This document shows, piece after piece, positions 55,136 through 63,736 of a stretch of 64,000 nucleotides of DNA. This DNA comes from a virus. A program made the translations under genes and the position numbers. Position 1 is the stretch's first letter. The number at the start of each line of letters is the position of its first letter. The stretch spans positions 53,286 to 117,285 of IMG/VR virus record IMGVR_UViG_3300044530_000662. One strand, 5' to 3'. The notes under the pieces are model-generated. The model had not been told where the DNA came from. It did no database searches and saw only the letters and a list, made by a program, of their open reading frames with translations.

Positions 55136-55411
55136 ATGCCAGAAGTTCAAGTTACAACTACAGTAGATATTGATCAATATGTTGATGTAGATATTGAAGA
55201 TATTCTAGATGAGTGTAGTGAAAAAGAATTAGAAGCAGTTGTTGACTATCTTGTAGATAATGAAATAATTAAAGCAAATAGAATTTTGCCTAAGTATATT
55301 TCTCTATCTGAAGAAGAGTTTAACAAAAATGTAGAAAAGCTATCAGAGCTTTATTTAGTACTATCTAATGAAGAGAGTGCTATAATAGATAGTATATTAA
55401 AAAGATACTAA
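55136..55411 (+). CDS. Acidic hypothetical protein (probable start 55136)
   Basis: MPEVQVTTTVDIDQYVDVDIEDILDE... Confidence 0.6.
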   Translation: MPEVQVTTTVDIDQYVDVDIEDILDECSEKELEAVVDYLVDNEIIKANRILPKYISLSEEEFNKNVEKLSELYLVLSNEESAIIDSILKRY

Positions 55412-55430
55412 AATCATTAATTAAAAAACT

Positions 55431-56531
55431 ATGACAAAAGATAGACAAGACATACAAATGGAAGCTCTAGCTGCTACTGATGGTAAGCAAAAAGTATCCG
55501 TAGTTTTGGGAACCGGAGTTGGTAAAACCTTAGTAGGTTTAACTCATATGGATAGAAATACTACACCTTTGATGAAATGTCTTGTTGTGGCACCTAAAAA
55601 AGCTATATTTCAATCCTGGAAAGATGATGCTGTCAAGTTTGATATGCATCATCTACTAGGTAGAATAGTATTTACAACTTATCTCAGCTTAAATAAGCAT
55701 GATCCTAAAGATTATGATGTAGTATATCTAGATGAGATGCATAGCTTAAAAGATAGCCACAGAGGATTTTTACAGTTATACAAAGGTAAAGTACTTGGTC
55801 TTACTGGTACACCTCCTAAAAGAGATTATTCAGAGAAAGGTAAATTAGTACAAGAGTTCTGTCCTGTAGCATACACATTTCAAGCAGATGATGCTATTGA
55901 AAATGGTATCCTAAATAATTACCAAATTATTGTACATAAGTTATATCTATCAAAAGATAAAAACTATGAGACAATTGCAGGTGGTAGATCATACATGACT
56001 TCTGAAGAAGCTAATTATATCTACTGGTCAAGAAGAATTGATGCTGGTGGTGGTAATATGCATATGATCAGAGTTATGAGAATGAAAGCTCTTAAAGAGT
56101 ATCCTACAAAAGAAAAGTATGCTAAGCTATTATTTAATAGTATAGATACTAAATGTCTTTTGTTTGCAAATACTCAAGATCAGGCTGATAAATTATGCTC
56201 TCACAGCTACCATAGCAAGAACAAGAGTTCTGAAGAGAATCTTCAGTTGTTCAAGGACGGCAAGATTACTAAACTTTCAGCAGTAGACCAGTTGAGTGAA
56301 GGTATTAATATACCTAATCTTAGACAAGCTATTGTTATGCATAGTTATGGTAATGAAAGAAAGTTTAATCAGAAACTAGGTAGACTATTAAGACTTAATC
56401 CAGATGACACAGCTATTATCCACATACTATGTTATATGGATACAGTAGATGAAGTCTGGGTAAGAGAAGCAGTAGAAAACTTGGATCAAGAGAAAATTAT
56501 TTGGAAAGATTTTAATATTTCAGTATCTTAG
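55431..56531 (+). CDS. Superfamily 2 helicase (UvsW/DEXH-like)
   Basis: LGTGVGKT, DEMH, GLTGTP, LSEGINIP, QKLGRLLR. Confidence 0.9.
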   Translation: MTKDRQDIQMEALAATDGKQKVSVVLGTGVGKTLVGLTHMDRNTTPLMKCLVVAPKKAIFQSWKDDAVKFDMHHLLGRIVFTTYLSLNKHDPKDYDVVYLDEMHSLKDSHRGFLQLYKGKVLGLTGTPPKRDYSEKGKLVQEFCPVAYTFQADDAIENGILNNYQIIVHKLYLSKDKNYETIAGGRSYMTSEEANYIYWSRRIDAGGGNMHMIRVMRMKALKEYPTKEKYAKLLFNSIDTKCLLFANTQDQADKLCSHSYHSKNKSSEENLQLFKDGKITKLSAVDQLSEGINIPNLRQAIVMHSYGNERKFNQKLGRLLRLNPDDTAIIHILCYMDTVDEVWVREAVENLDQEKIIWKDFNISVS

Positions 56532-56535
56532 AAGT

Positions 56536-56793
56536 ATGGAAGATATCAAAACACACAAGATTAGTATCTATAATGATGCTATTAATGAATTTGGTTATAT
56601 CATAGCTTGTTTAATTAGGTTTTGTAATCATGAACCTTTGCAGGCAGAACAATGTGCTATTATAGCAGATAATGCTGGTAAATGTCATGTAAAATCAGGA
56701 TCCTATGAAGAAATGCTTAATATTAAAACTACTTTTAAGAGATTAGATATCAAAACTAAAATTGAAGAATATGAAAATAGTAGTTTGCATTAA
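56536..56793 (+). CDS. clpS: ClpS-like N-degron adaptor (Bacteroidota type)
   Basis: HKISIYNDAINEFGYIIACLIRFCNHEPLQAEQCAIIADNAGKCHVKSGSYEE parallels Bacteroidota ClpS L.L.NDDVNTFDHVI..L...C.H...QAEQC...VH..GKC.VK.G. Confidence 0.8.
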   Translation: MEDIKTHKISIYNDAINEFGYIIACLIRFCNHEPLQAEQCAIIADNAGKCHVKSGSYEEMLNIKTTFKRLDIKTKIEEYENSSLH

Positions 56794-57034
56794 CAACAAG
56801 AACAAGCCAAAACAAGTATCTTCTGCTGAATGGTTAACTGAAGGCAAAGAGTATTCTGTTATTGGTGAAAAAGCAATGAACCTACAAAATGGTAAGATTG
56901 GTTATTTATTAAAAGAAGTTCAATTATCAGAGTTATCATTTCCATATGAGCTTTATGACTCTGAAAGATTTATTTCTGCTGAAGAATATGCATTACAAAA
57001 TGTAAATTTTGAGGAATTAGAATTATCTATCTAA
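56771..57034 (+). CDS. Hypothetical SH3-like beta protein (probable start 56771)
   Basis: MKIVVCINNK...WLTEGKEYSV. Confidence 0.55.
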   Translation: MKIVVCINNKNKPKQVSSAEWLTEGKEYSVIGEKAMNLQNGKIGYLLKEVQLSELSFPYELYDSERFISAEEYALQNVNFEELELSI

Positions 57035-57076
57035 GCTGAAAAGCTGTATTTACAAACTTTTAATTTATTTATTGTC

Positions 57077-57511
57077 ATGGAGTATATCAAAGAAGATGTA
57101 ATAAATGCTTTATTGGCTTTAAATTTAAAAACAAATGCTAGAGTTACTGTTGATCAAAAAAGCTATTTAATAGGTATTCTTGCATATAAATTTATGATGA
57201 CAGAACACGGTATTGCTAAAGAACTTGATATTAATAGATTTACTGTTAATTATAGTAAAAAATTAGCATTACAGTTTTACAATGACAAGTTATATAAGCA
57301 AAATGTTTATGTACATTCTCAGTTATTTCCTTTTGACTTTAGTGTTATAAAAAAGTTTTCTGATACTAAGAGAAATAAACAAGTTGAACTAATATTAGAT
57401 AAAAAGTTTTACAATAAATTGAAAAAAGTAGGAGATGTTTTAGGTCATAAAGATATTAGAACTACTATTCAAATGCTTTTAGAAAAAAGTTTAAAGTTAT
57501 GGGAAGAATGA
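57077..57511 (+). CDS. HTH DNA-binding protein (DnaA domain IV-like)
   Basis: QKSYLIGIL...TEHGIAKELDINRFTVNYSKK resembles the DnaA C-terminal HTH. Confidence 0.45.
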   Translation: MEYIKEDVINALLALNLKTNARVTVDQKSYLIGILAYKFMMTEHGIAKELDINRFTVNYSKKLALQFYNDKLYKQNVYVHSQLFPFDFSVIKKFSDTKRNKQVELILDKKFYNKLKKVGDVLGHKDIRTTIQMLLEKSLKLWEE

Positions 57512-57762
57512 AAGATTTATACATGGATTTATTACATGCAAATAATGGTCACATACCACAAGAAGCTACTATAGCTGATTTGCAAAGAATGAAAGATTTA
57601 GAAATTTTTGAATGGAAGGAGTATGAGCGACAACAAGAGAAAACAAGATTACAGTTCTTTGAATCAGAAGATTCAGCTGAGACTGCAAAGATTGAGCAAG
57701 TCAATAAAAAGTTCTCAGCTTACTATGGAGAAGCCCGAGAAGAAAAAAAAAGTAAACAATGA
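57499..57762 (+). CDS. Hypothetical protein (MGRMKDLY family)
   Basis: 87 aa. Confidence 0.6.
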   Translation: MGRMKDLYMDLLHANNGHIPQEATIADLQRMKDLEIFEWKEYERQQEKTRLQFFESEDSAETAKIEQVNKKFSAYYGEAREEKKSKQ

Positions 57763-57977
57763 AGAAGGGGACTAGAACTTGGAAACTAAAGGCTATGGTA
57801 ATAGTCTATTGTTTCAGTATTATTGGTGTAGTTGGGGTTTATTATAACTGCTTTTTTAATGTAAAAATGAATGAAATAATTCTATTTTTAGCTACTATAA
57901 CTACTATGTGTTTAGTAGCTGTATTTATGTTTCAATTAGTAAATTTATTAACCAGACTTTTAAAAAGAAAAAAATGA
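57759..57977 (+). CDS. Two-TM membrane protein
   Basis: 72 aa. Confidence 0.55.
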   Translation: MKKGTRTWKLKAMVIVYCFSIIGVVGVYYNCFFNVKMNEIILFLATITTMCLVAVFMFQLVNLLTRLLKRKK

Positions 57978-58228
57978 AAAAATTAATTTATTTAACAGCT
58001 TTAACAATTACTCTTTTAAGCTGTAAAAAGTATGAGCCTGAACAAGACTGTACTTGTGGAACAATAGCAAATGATGGTGTAGATTATAATAATGGAAATT
58101 CTTGTTATTGGTTAGAGATAAGAAATAGTTGTTCAAACAACAAGAAAAAATTCTGCTTTGACCAAGATGTATGGATTAGTGCATATGTTGGTAGTAATTT
58201 CTGTGTTTCAGGTGTACAACCTTGGTAA
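57974..58228 (+). CDS. Lipoprotein (signal peptide II, start 57974)
   Basis: MKKLIYLTALTITLLS-C lipobox with a Cys-rich mature part. Confidence 0.7.
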   Translation: MKKLIYLTALTITLLSCKKYEPEQDCTCGTIANDGVDYNNGNSCYWLEIRNSCSNNKKKFCFDQDVWISAYVGSNFCVSGVQPW

Positions 58229-58402
58229 ATATCTATTGGTATGGATAAGTCAAAACTTATCTGTACCATTTTGGATGGTAGGACATGTTCACCTGTCTGT
58301 TAATGTATATGAAGATATTCATGAAATAATAGCATCCTGTGGTATGAACTTAATTGTTGCTGCAGGATTTATTATTGATTACTTAGAACAAAAAAAGAAA
58401 TT

Positions 58403-58900
58403 ATGAAAGCAAAACTAATTAAAAGAGACACTGATTATTGTCTTTACAATGAATTAGGAGAAACTATTGCAGCATCTTGGGCTAATGTAACTGGTAAAAA
58501 ATTATTACAATCAAATTGTGATGAGATATTTGGAGTTGTTGATGCTGGGAAGTTAGCAGAAGAAGAAATTCCATATTCATCAAGTACAACAATAAATGTA
58601 CAAAGAATGAGGTTTATACACGGCTTCAACAAAGCAATGGAGTTGAATAAAGACAAAGTATTTACTTTGGAGGATATGGAAAAGGCTATTGATGTGTGTA
58701 TTGAGCTTATGAATAATAAAGGTTCAGAGTTTAGAACACATAAGCAGACAATAATCCAATCGCTCCAACAACCAACAGAAATAGATGTTGAGATAGGGAT
58801 GGAAGACATTATTCAGTTAAAGAAAAGAGCAGGTGGTCTTACCAATATGGGTAAACCAAAACTAGACTCAAACGGAAATTTAATACTTAGAAAATTATGA
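58403..58900 (+). CDS. Hypothetical mosaic protein
   Basis: 165 aa; shares AEE...F..G.N...FT.E.. segments with neighbouring mini-genes. Confidence 0.6.
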   Translation: MKAKLIKRDTDYCLYNELGETIAASWANVTGKKLLQSNCDEIFGVVDAGKLAEEEIPYSSSTTINVQRMRFIHGFNKAMELNKDKVFTLEDMEKAIDVCIELMNNKGSEFRTHKQTIIQSLQQPTEIDVEIGMEDIIQLKKRAGGLTNMGKPKLDSNGNLILRKL

Positions 58901-59178
58901 AAACAGAATTAGAAGAAGCAGCTAAGAAAAGATATATTGAAGGAGTTTATGTTATAAATGGTATTGATATATGTGACGTATCAAGAAAATGTTTTATTGA
59001 AGGTGCTAATTACCAAGCTGAAAGAATGTATAGTGAGGAAGAGGTAATAGAATTATTAACAGCAAGATGTAAACATTTTGGTACTACTATGACACCTTTT
59101 AGGGAATTACTTCTTAAACAAGATTTAGAATGGTTTGAAGAAAATAAAAAAAAAATAATATGGAACAAACAGCAGTAG
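58897..59178 (+). CDS. Mini-gene family member (ELEEAA...QAERMYSEEEV)
   Basis: 93 aa. Confidence 0.65.
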   Translation: MKTELEEAAKKRYIEGVYVINGIDICDVSRKCFIEGANYQAERMYSEEEVIELLTARCKHFGTTMTPFRELLLKQDLEWFEENKKKIIWNKQQ

Positions 59179-59435
59179 AATGGTTAGCAAATGAAATACA
59201 AGAACAATTAAAAATATTTTTTCCTGGTGCGACATTATATCAGCCAACAATTCAAAAAGCCAAAGAAATGGAGAAAGAATGGCAAACTGAAAGAATGTAT
59301 AGTGAGGAAGAAGTCAAAAGATTAGCATTTGACTTTTATTATGATATGTCCCGTCAAATGGGTGTTGCTGAAAATTTAATTTCAGAAAATGCAACAAATG
59401 TAGATGTGTGGTTTGAACAATTTAAAAAAAAATAG
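59160..59435 (+). CDS. Mini-gene family member (QTAVEWL...AKEMEK...ERMYSEEEV)
   Basis: 91 aa. Confidence 0.65.
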   Translation: MEQTAVEWLANEIQEQLKIFFPGATLYQPTIQKAKEMEKEWQTERMYSEEEVKRLAFDFYYDMSRQMGVAENLISENATNVDVWFEQFKKK

Positions 59436-59436
59436 T

Positions 59437-59643
59437 ATGAAAGACACAGCAGTAAAATTTTTGATAGATGAAATCTCATGCAGATTTGTAATATCTGAGG
59501 AGCTAAGAATAGCAATGTATAAGGCTATTGAAATGGAGAAACAACAGATTATTGATGCTTATATAGAATCTAGCCCAAGATTAGAAGATATTACAAAAGA
59601 ATCAGCAGAACAATATTACAACGAAACCTTTAAATCAGAATAA
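59437..59643 (+). CDS. Mini-gene family member (TAV..L...EMEKQQII.AY...QYYNETFKSE)
   Basis: Start 59437, 68 aa. Confidence 0.65.
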   Translation: MKDTAVKFLIDEISCRFVISEELRIAMYKAIEMEKQQIIDAYIESSPRLEDITKESAEQYYNETFKSE

Positions 59644-59644
59644 A

Positions 59645-59794
59645 ATGGAAAAAATACTTTGTTGGTTAGGATGGCACAAGTATACTTGTACTATTCAAGA
59701 TTTAATAAATGAGTTTGGATATATACCATTAGACAACAGAATGTCATCTAACTCAAAATGTGAAAGATGTGGTAAAACCTTTAAATCAGAATAA
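59645..59794 (+). CDS. Small Zn-binding protein (CWLGWH...CERCG), ends FKSE
   Basis: Read manually, 49 aa. Confidence 0.65.
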   Translation: MEKILCWLGWHKYTCTIQDLINEFGYIPLDNRMSSNSKCERCGKTFKSE

Positions 59795-59795
59795 G

Positions 59796-60041
59796 ATGGG
59801 AAAAGTAACAATAGAATTTGATACCGTAGAAGAAGCACAAGATATAAGAGATGCTTTGGATGGATATAAGTGGAAACTTGCTGTATGGGATTTAGACCAA
59901 AAACTAAGAGATACTACTAAGTATGGAGCTAGTTTAATTGGTACAAAACCAGGTGCTAGTGCAGAAGAACAAGATGTTGCAGAAAAAGTAAGAGATTTGA
60001 TAAGAGAATATTTATCAGATTATAACCTTGAAATGGAATAG
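59796..60041 (+). CDS. Conserved small phage protein (MGKVTIEFD...WDLDQKLR)
   Basis: True start 59796, after the TAAGATG junction. Confidence 0.65.
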   Translation: MGKVTIEFDTVEEAQDIRDALDGYKWKLAVWDLDQKLRDTTKYGASLIGTKPGASAEEQDVAEKVRDLIREYLSDYNLEME

Positions 60042-60303
60042 TATGAGCACAACCTTTGGAATACCAAAAAAACCTATCAATATAGAGTTAGGTGATGAAA
60101 ATGGAGTATATGAACATATTAATTCAGAAATATTTAAAAAAGTATGGTTCAGAACTATGAAAAATAGTAGGTGGCTAAGTGATTCAGCTAAATTATTACC
60201 TGATGATACTAGAGTGTATGCTTTGGATAATAGTCAACAAGGTATTTTTACAATTGGAGATATTAAAAAATCAATGGAAGAAGACTTATGGAAACAGCAG
60301 TAG
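60028..60303 (+). CDS. Hypothetical protein
   Basis: 91 aa. Confidence 0.6.
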   Translation: MKWNSMSTTFGIPKKPINIELGDENGVYEHINSEIFKKVWFRTMKNSRWLSDSAKLLPDDTRVYALDNSQQGIFTIGDIKKSMEEDLWKQQ

Positions 60304-60512
60304 AATGGATTGAAGGTTATTTAAAAAAATTCAACCACATACAAGAATCATTATCTTTAAGAAAAGCATTTGAACAAGCCAAAGAAATGGAGAAGCAACA
60401 GATAATAAATACTTATAGAGATGGTAGGAGCGACCAACAATCTGAAAAACCAAGTAGATTTTATAATAGAATGGCGGAACAATACTATAACGAAACTTTT
60501 AAAAAAGAATAA
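60288..60512 (+). CDS. Mini-gene family member (TAVEWI...AKEMEKQQII...QYYNETFKKE)
   Basis: 74 aa. Confidence 0.65.
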   Translation: METAVEWIEGYLKKFNHIQESLSLRKAFEQAKEMEKQQIINTYRDGRSDQQSEKPSRFYNRMAEQYYNETFKKE

Positions 60513-60513
60513 G

Positions 60514-60594
60514 ATGGCTTGGGTATTAATTATATCACATATAGGGTTTGCTCTATGGTTTTATGCAGGATATAAAATTGGTAAAAGAAAATAA
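60514..60594 (+). CDS. 26-aa membrane peptide
   Basis: Read manually: MAWVLIISHIGFALWFYAGYKIGKRK. Confidence 0.5.
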   Translation: MAWVLIISHIGFALWFYAGYKIGKRK

Positions 60595-60595
60595 T

Positions 60596-60751
60596 ATGGA
60601 AGAAGAAATCAAAGAAGCTGCTGCTAATTTAGCTGATCCAAATGTAGACAAGACAGACAATTGGATTGCAGGTGCTAAATGGATGTTAGAAAAGTTACAA
60701 GACTTTGACACCTGGAAAGAGTGGAAAGATATAAACTTTAAATCAGAATAA
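60596..60751 (+). CDS. Mini-gene family member, ends FKSE
   Basis: Start 60596: EEEIKEAA...WIAGAKWM...INFKSE. Confidence 0.6.
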   Translation: MEEEIKEAAANLADPNVDKTDNWIAGAKWMLEKLQDFDTWKEWKDINFKSE

Positions 60752-60752
60752 G

Positions 60753-60893
60753 ATGAAAGAAGAAGAATGTTGCCCTAATTGTGGTGAATGTGAAAACATT
60801 CATACTAATTATGATTGGAGTAAACCTGACAGACCAGTAGAAGAGTATCTGTGTAATGAGTGTGGAGCTTATTTTCCACCTAAATCAAACTAA
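60753..60893 (+). CDS. Zn-ribbon mini-protein
   Basis: Read manually: CPNCG...CNECG, 46 aa. Confidence 0.65.
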   Translation: MKEEECCPNCGECENIHTNYDWSKPDRPVEEYLCNECGAYFPPKSN

Positions 60894-60894
60894 G

Positions 60895-61071
60895 ATGGAA
60901 TGTGTAAAATGTGGAGCTAAAGCTACCAAAAGGTATAGTCCAGACCTTGATATTAAAGGTATAGGAATGTGTGATGAACATGAAGAGGAAATAAAACTTG
61001 ATTTGTTGATTACACAATTTGATCCTAAAGGTTGGAAAAAGTTTGAGAAAAAGTACTCAAAGAAAAACTAG
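60895..61071 (+). CDS. Zn-binding mini-protein (CVKC...CDEH)
   Basis: Start 60895, after TAAGATG. Confidence 0.6.
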   Translation: MECVKCGAKATKRYSPDLDIKGIGMCDEHEEEIKLDLLITQFDPKGWKKFEKKYSKKN

Positions 61072-61081
61072 AATAAGATAT

Positions 61082-61372
61082 ATGACACTTAGAGATACAG
61101 AACTAATAGGTAAGAAGCTTGTAAAGCATGGGTTTTATAGATCTGATACTGATCACCAAAATTATAGGTCCTACAGTATAAATACTAAAGGTAGAATATC
61201 TATACAGTTTAGACTATCAGAAAGTGGTTGGTGTGCATTAATAGTTCATGATATAGATTCAGATTCACATACCCTAGTTAAATGTGATGGTTATGAAACT
61301 GTATTTACTCCAGAATGGGTAATAGAAGAACATGAGAAATTACAAGCAATGTTTAAATTTGCAAGATTATGA
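61082..61372 (+). CDS. Hypothetical protein (probable start 61082)
   Basis: ORF track; internal ATG. Confidence 0.6.
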   Translation: MTLRDTELIGKKLVKHGFYRSDTDHQNYRSYSINTKGRISIQFRLSESGWCALIVHDIDSDSHTLVKCDGYETVFTPEWVIEEHEKLQAMFKFARL

Positions 61373-61659
61373 CAACTGAAGAAAAAGAAATTTCTATAAA
61401 AAGATTAGAAGCTTTTGGTTTTACAGCATGCCGTGTTAATTCTGATTCTTATTTGTATTATTATAAGGGTATTGAGATTAACTGTAATTATGTAAAGAAT
61501 ATTAAGCCTCATAAGTGGCATGTAGATATAATACTTTCATTTGAAAGTAATTTACAAATGATGTTTACAGATATTTTTTTTGAAGATGACATTGATCCAG
61601 AAGCTATTTTAAATGCTGTAAAGAAACTTGCAGCAGCTGTAGAATTTATTGAGCTATGA
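61369..61659 (+). CDS. Hypothetical protein
   Basis: 96 aa. Confidence 0.6.
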   Translation: MTTEEKEISIKRLEAFGFTACRVNSDSYLYYYKGIEINCNYVKNIKPHKWHVDIILSFESNLQMMFTDIFFEDDIDPEAILNAVKKLAAAVEFIEL

Positions 61660-62066
61660 CAAAGAAAGAGAAAAATGATTTAGGTAAATTTTGTAAACAA
61701 ATCTGTAATGATCATTATGAACTTTTAAAAGATACTAATAGCAATATGAGTTATACTTTTAACTTATATGCTAATGGTTCTTATAATGGTCAATATAAGA
61801 AATTTATGTTTTATGCTGAGTTAAAACTTAATAAAGTATTAGGTTTAATTACTGCTGAAGAAGTAGAAAATGCATATAATATGATTATGTCTTCAGATGA
61901 AGATAACTTTTATATAGCTTATCAAATTATAAAACACTTTCTTAAAGAAAGGCATAAAAAGTTTGGAGCTATCATGGATTATAAAGGTTATGACTATGCT
62001 AGAAATAATTACACAGAAGAAATCTTAAATCCAGAAGACTTCTTAACTAAATTACTAAACCGATGA
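61656..62066 (+). CDS. Hypothetical protein
   Basis: 136 aa. Confidence 0.6.
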   Translation: MTKKEKNDLGKFCKQICNDHYELLKDTNSNMSYTFNLYANGSYNGQYKKFMFYAELKLNKVLGLITAEEVENAYNMIMSSDEDNFYIAYQIIKHFLKERHKKFGAIMDYKGYDYARNNYTEEILNPEDFLTKLLNR

Positions 62067-62314
62067 CAGAACAAGAATTAATTGAATTAGGCTTTGAAAA
62101 AGTATCTGTTACAGATGATGAAAGCCAAAATGGATATGATTACCATTACTATCATAAAGAAGTTTGTGATAATATAGTTTTACATAGTGTAGATAGTGCA
62201 GAAGTTAAAGATGATGACTGGTATTTAAGATGTTGGGAGATTCCGGCAATAAGAATACACAGTAAATTACATTATACTGAGTTTCTTGAAGTATTAAGTA
62301 ATATAACTTGTTAA
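62063..62314 (+). CDS. Hypothetical protein (TEQELIELGFEK family)
   Basis: 83 aa. Confidence 0.6.
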   Translation: MTEQELIELGFEKVSVTDDESQNGYDYHYYHKEVCDNIVLHSVDSAEVKDDDWYLRCWEIPAIRIHSKLHYTEFLEVLSNITC

Positions 62315-62315
62315 T

Positions 62316-62693
62316 ATGCTATCAGTTAAACTAATAAAGAAAGATGGTATTCTTACATATCTAAATGAAAAATCTAGATTAGATTACCAAATCTTTTTGG
62401 ATAAAATTCAAGAAGGACAAAAATTAGAAATGTATATTGGTCTAGCAGATGCTGATCATAGTATTGCACAATTAGCAAAAGTGCATGCATGTATCCGAGA
62501 ACTTGCAAAAGAATCAGGATACAGTTTTGAAGAAATGAAAATGCTTATTAAAGAAAAATCTGGATTATGCTATGATGCAGGTGGTGCAATAATGTGCAAA
62601 TCATTTGCAGACTGTGACAAAACAGAAATTGCACTTGCTATTGAAGCTTGTATAGAAATAGGTAGAGAAAACTATAATCTTAACCTAGCTTAG
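62316..62693 (+). CDS. NinB/YbcN-like recombination-associated protein
   Basis: QLAKVHACIRELAKESGYSFEEMK...KSFADCDKTE...IE resembles the NinB pattern. Confidence 0.45.
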   Translation: MLSVKLIKKDGILTYLNEKSRLDYQIFLDKIQEGQKLEMYIGLADADHSIAQLAKVHACIRELAKESGYSFEEMKMLIKEKSGLCYDAGGAIMCKSFADCDKTEIALAIEACIEIGRENYNLNLA

Positions 62694-63009
62694 GCTCTAC
62701 ATAACCTTCATCTCCAGGTTGAAGAATTTCTTTTTCTTGGAATAGGTTATTATCTTTAGCTACTTTTTCAATTTCAGCTAATAAAAGACCTGTAGTATAA
62801 AAAGATCTTTGAGTTTCATCTAAGTCTTTGTACTCTTTAGTCATTGATTCTTTGATGTAGGTATCTTTATCTTCTACAGTAATATTATTTATTAAGTTTA
62901 ATAATATTGCTTTTACCATAAGATAAAATGCTTTATTGACTTTTATTTCAATAATAGCATCATCTTTTAATTCTTTAACTTTTATGGGCATTGTGTTAGT
63001 TTTAAACAA
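62680..63009 (-). CDS. Lone inverted hypothetical protein
   Basis: 109 aa with normal protein composition; fills the gap on the opposite strand. Confidence 0.6.
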   Translation of the reverse strand: MFKTNTMPIKVKELKDDAIIEIKVNKAFYLMVKAILLNLINNITVEDKDTYIKESMTKEYKDLDETQRSFYTTGLLLAEIEKVAKDNNLFQEKEILQPGDEGYVEPKLG

Positions 63010-63022
63010 AAATAAATAAAAT

Positions 63023-63736
63023 ATGAATCAAAAACTAGATTTAGAAGAAATTAAAGATAAATTATCAGCTAAACTTGAACCATCAGGTTGGGCATTAAAA
63101 CTTAGAAGTTTTATTTATAGTATTGAATTTGACAAAATTATTACTCAACTTGCTAAGTCAGCTAGTGAAGGTAAAAGATTTACTCCTACACTTAAACAAA
63201 TGTTTAGAGCGTTTGAAGAATGTCCTGTAAATGAACTTAAAGTAATCATGATGGGACAGGATCCTTATCCTGCTGTTGGAGTTGCTGATGGACTAGCATT
63301 TAGTTGTAGTAATACTAAAGAATTACAACCAAGTTTACGGTATATGCTAGATGAAGTGAATAGAACAGTGTACAATGGTCACCCAGGAAGCTTAGATCCA
63401 GATTTAACTAGATGGTCAAATCAAGGTATACTATTAATTAATACAGCTCTTACAACTGAAGTAGGAAAAATAGGTCAGCATTATGATATTTGGAAGCCAT
63501 TTTTTGCATATTTATTTGATTATCTTACTTGGAATGAAACAGGTCTGATATATATTTATATGGGTAAAGAAGCTAAAGCATGGTCTGAAGCTGTTAATGA
63601 TAACAATTACAAATTCTTTGTAACTCATCCTGCTAGTGCATTTTATGCTAAAAATGAAAGATGGGACTCAAATAATGTATTTGTTATAACTAATGAGATT
63701 GTAGAAAAACAGTTTAATGCAAAAATTACTTGGTAA
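63023..63736 (+). CDS. ung: Uracil-DNA glycosylase (family 1)
   Basis: GQDPYP, GLAFS, LLINTALT, HPAS motifs. Confidence 0.92.
   Translation: MNQKLDLEEIKDKLSAKLEPSGWALKLRSFIYSIEFDKIITQLAKSASEGKRFTPTLKQMFRAFEECPVNELKVIMMGQDPYPAVGVADGLAFSCSNTKELQPSLRYMLDEVNRTVYNGHPGSLDPDLTRWSNQGILLINTALTTEVGKIGQHYDIWKPFFAYLFDYLTWNETGLIYIYMGKEAKAWSEAVNDNNYKFFVTHPASAFYAKNERWDSNNVFVITNEIVEKQFNAKITW

Noticed and set aside
45082-58809. Minus-strand ORFs 45082, 45892, 48575, 49757, 53327 and 58444
   Set aside because: They are shadows of plus-strand genes or low-complexity sequence; 48575-48808 begins in a TAT microsatellite.
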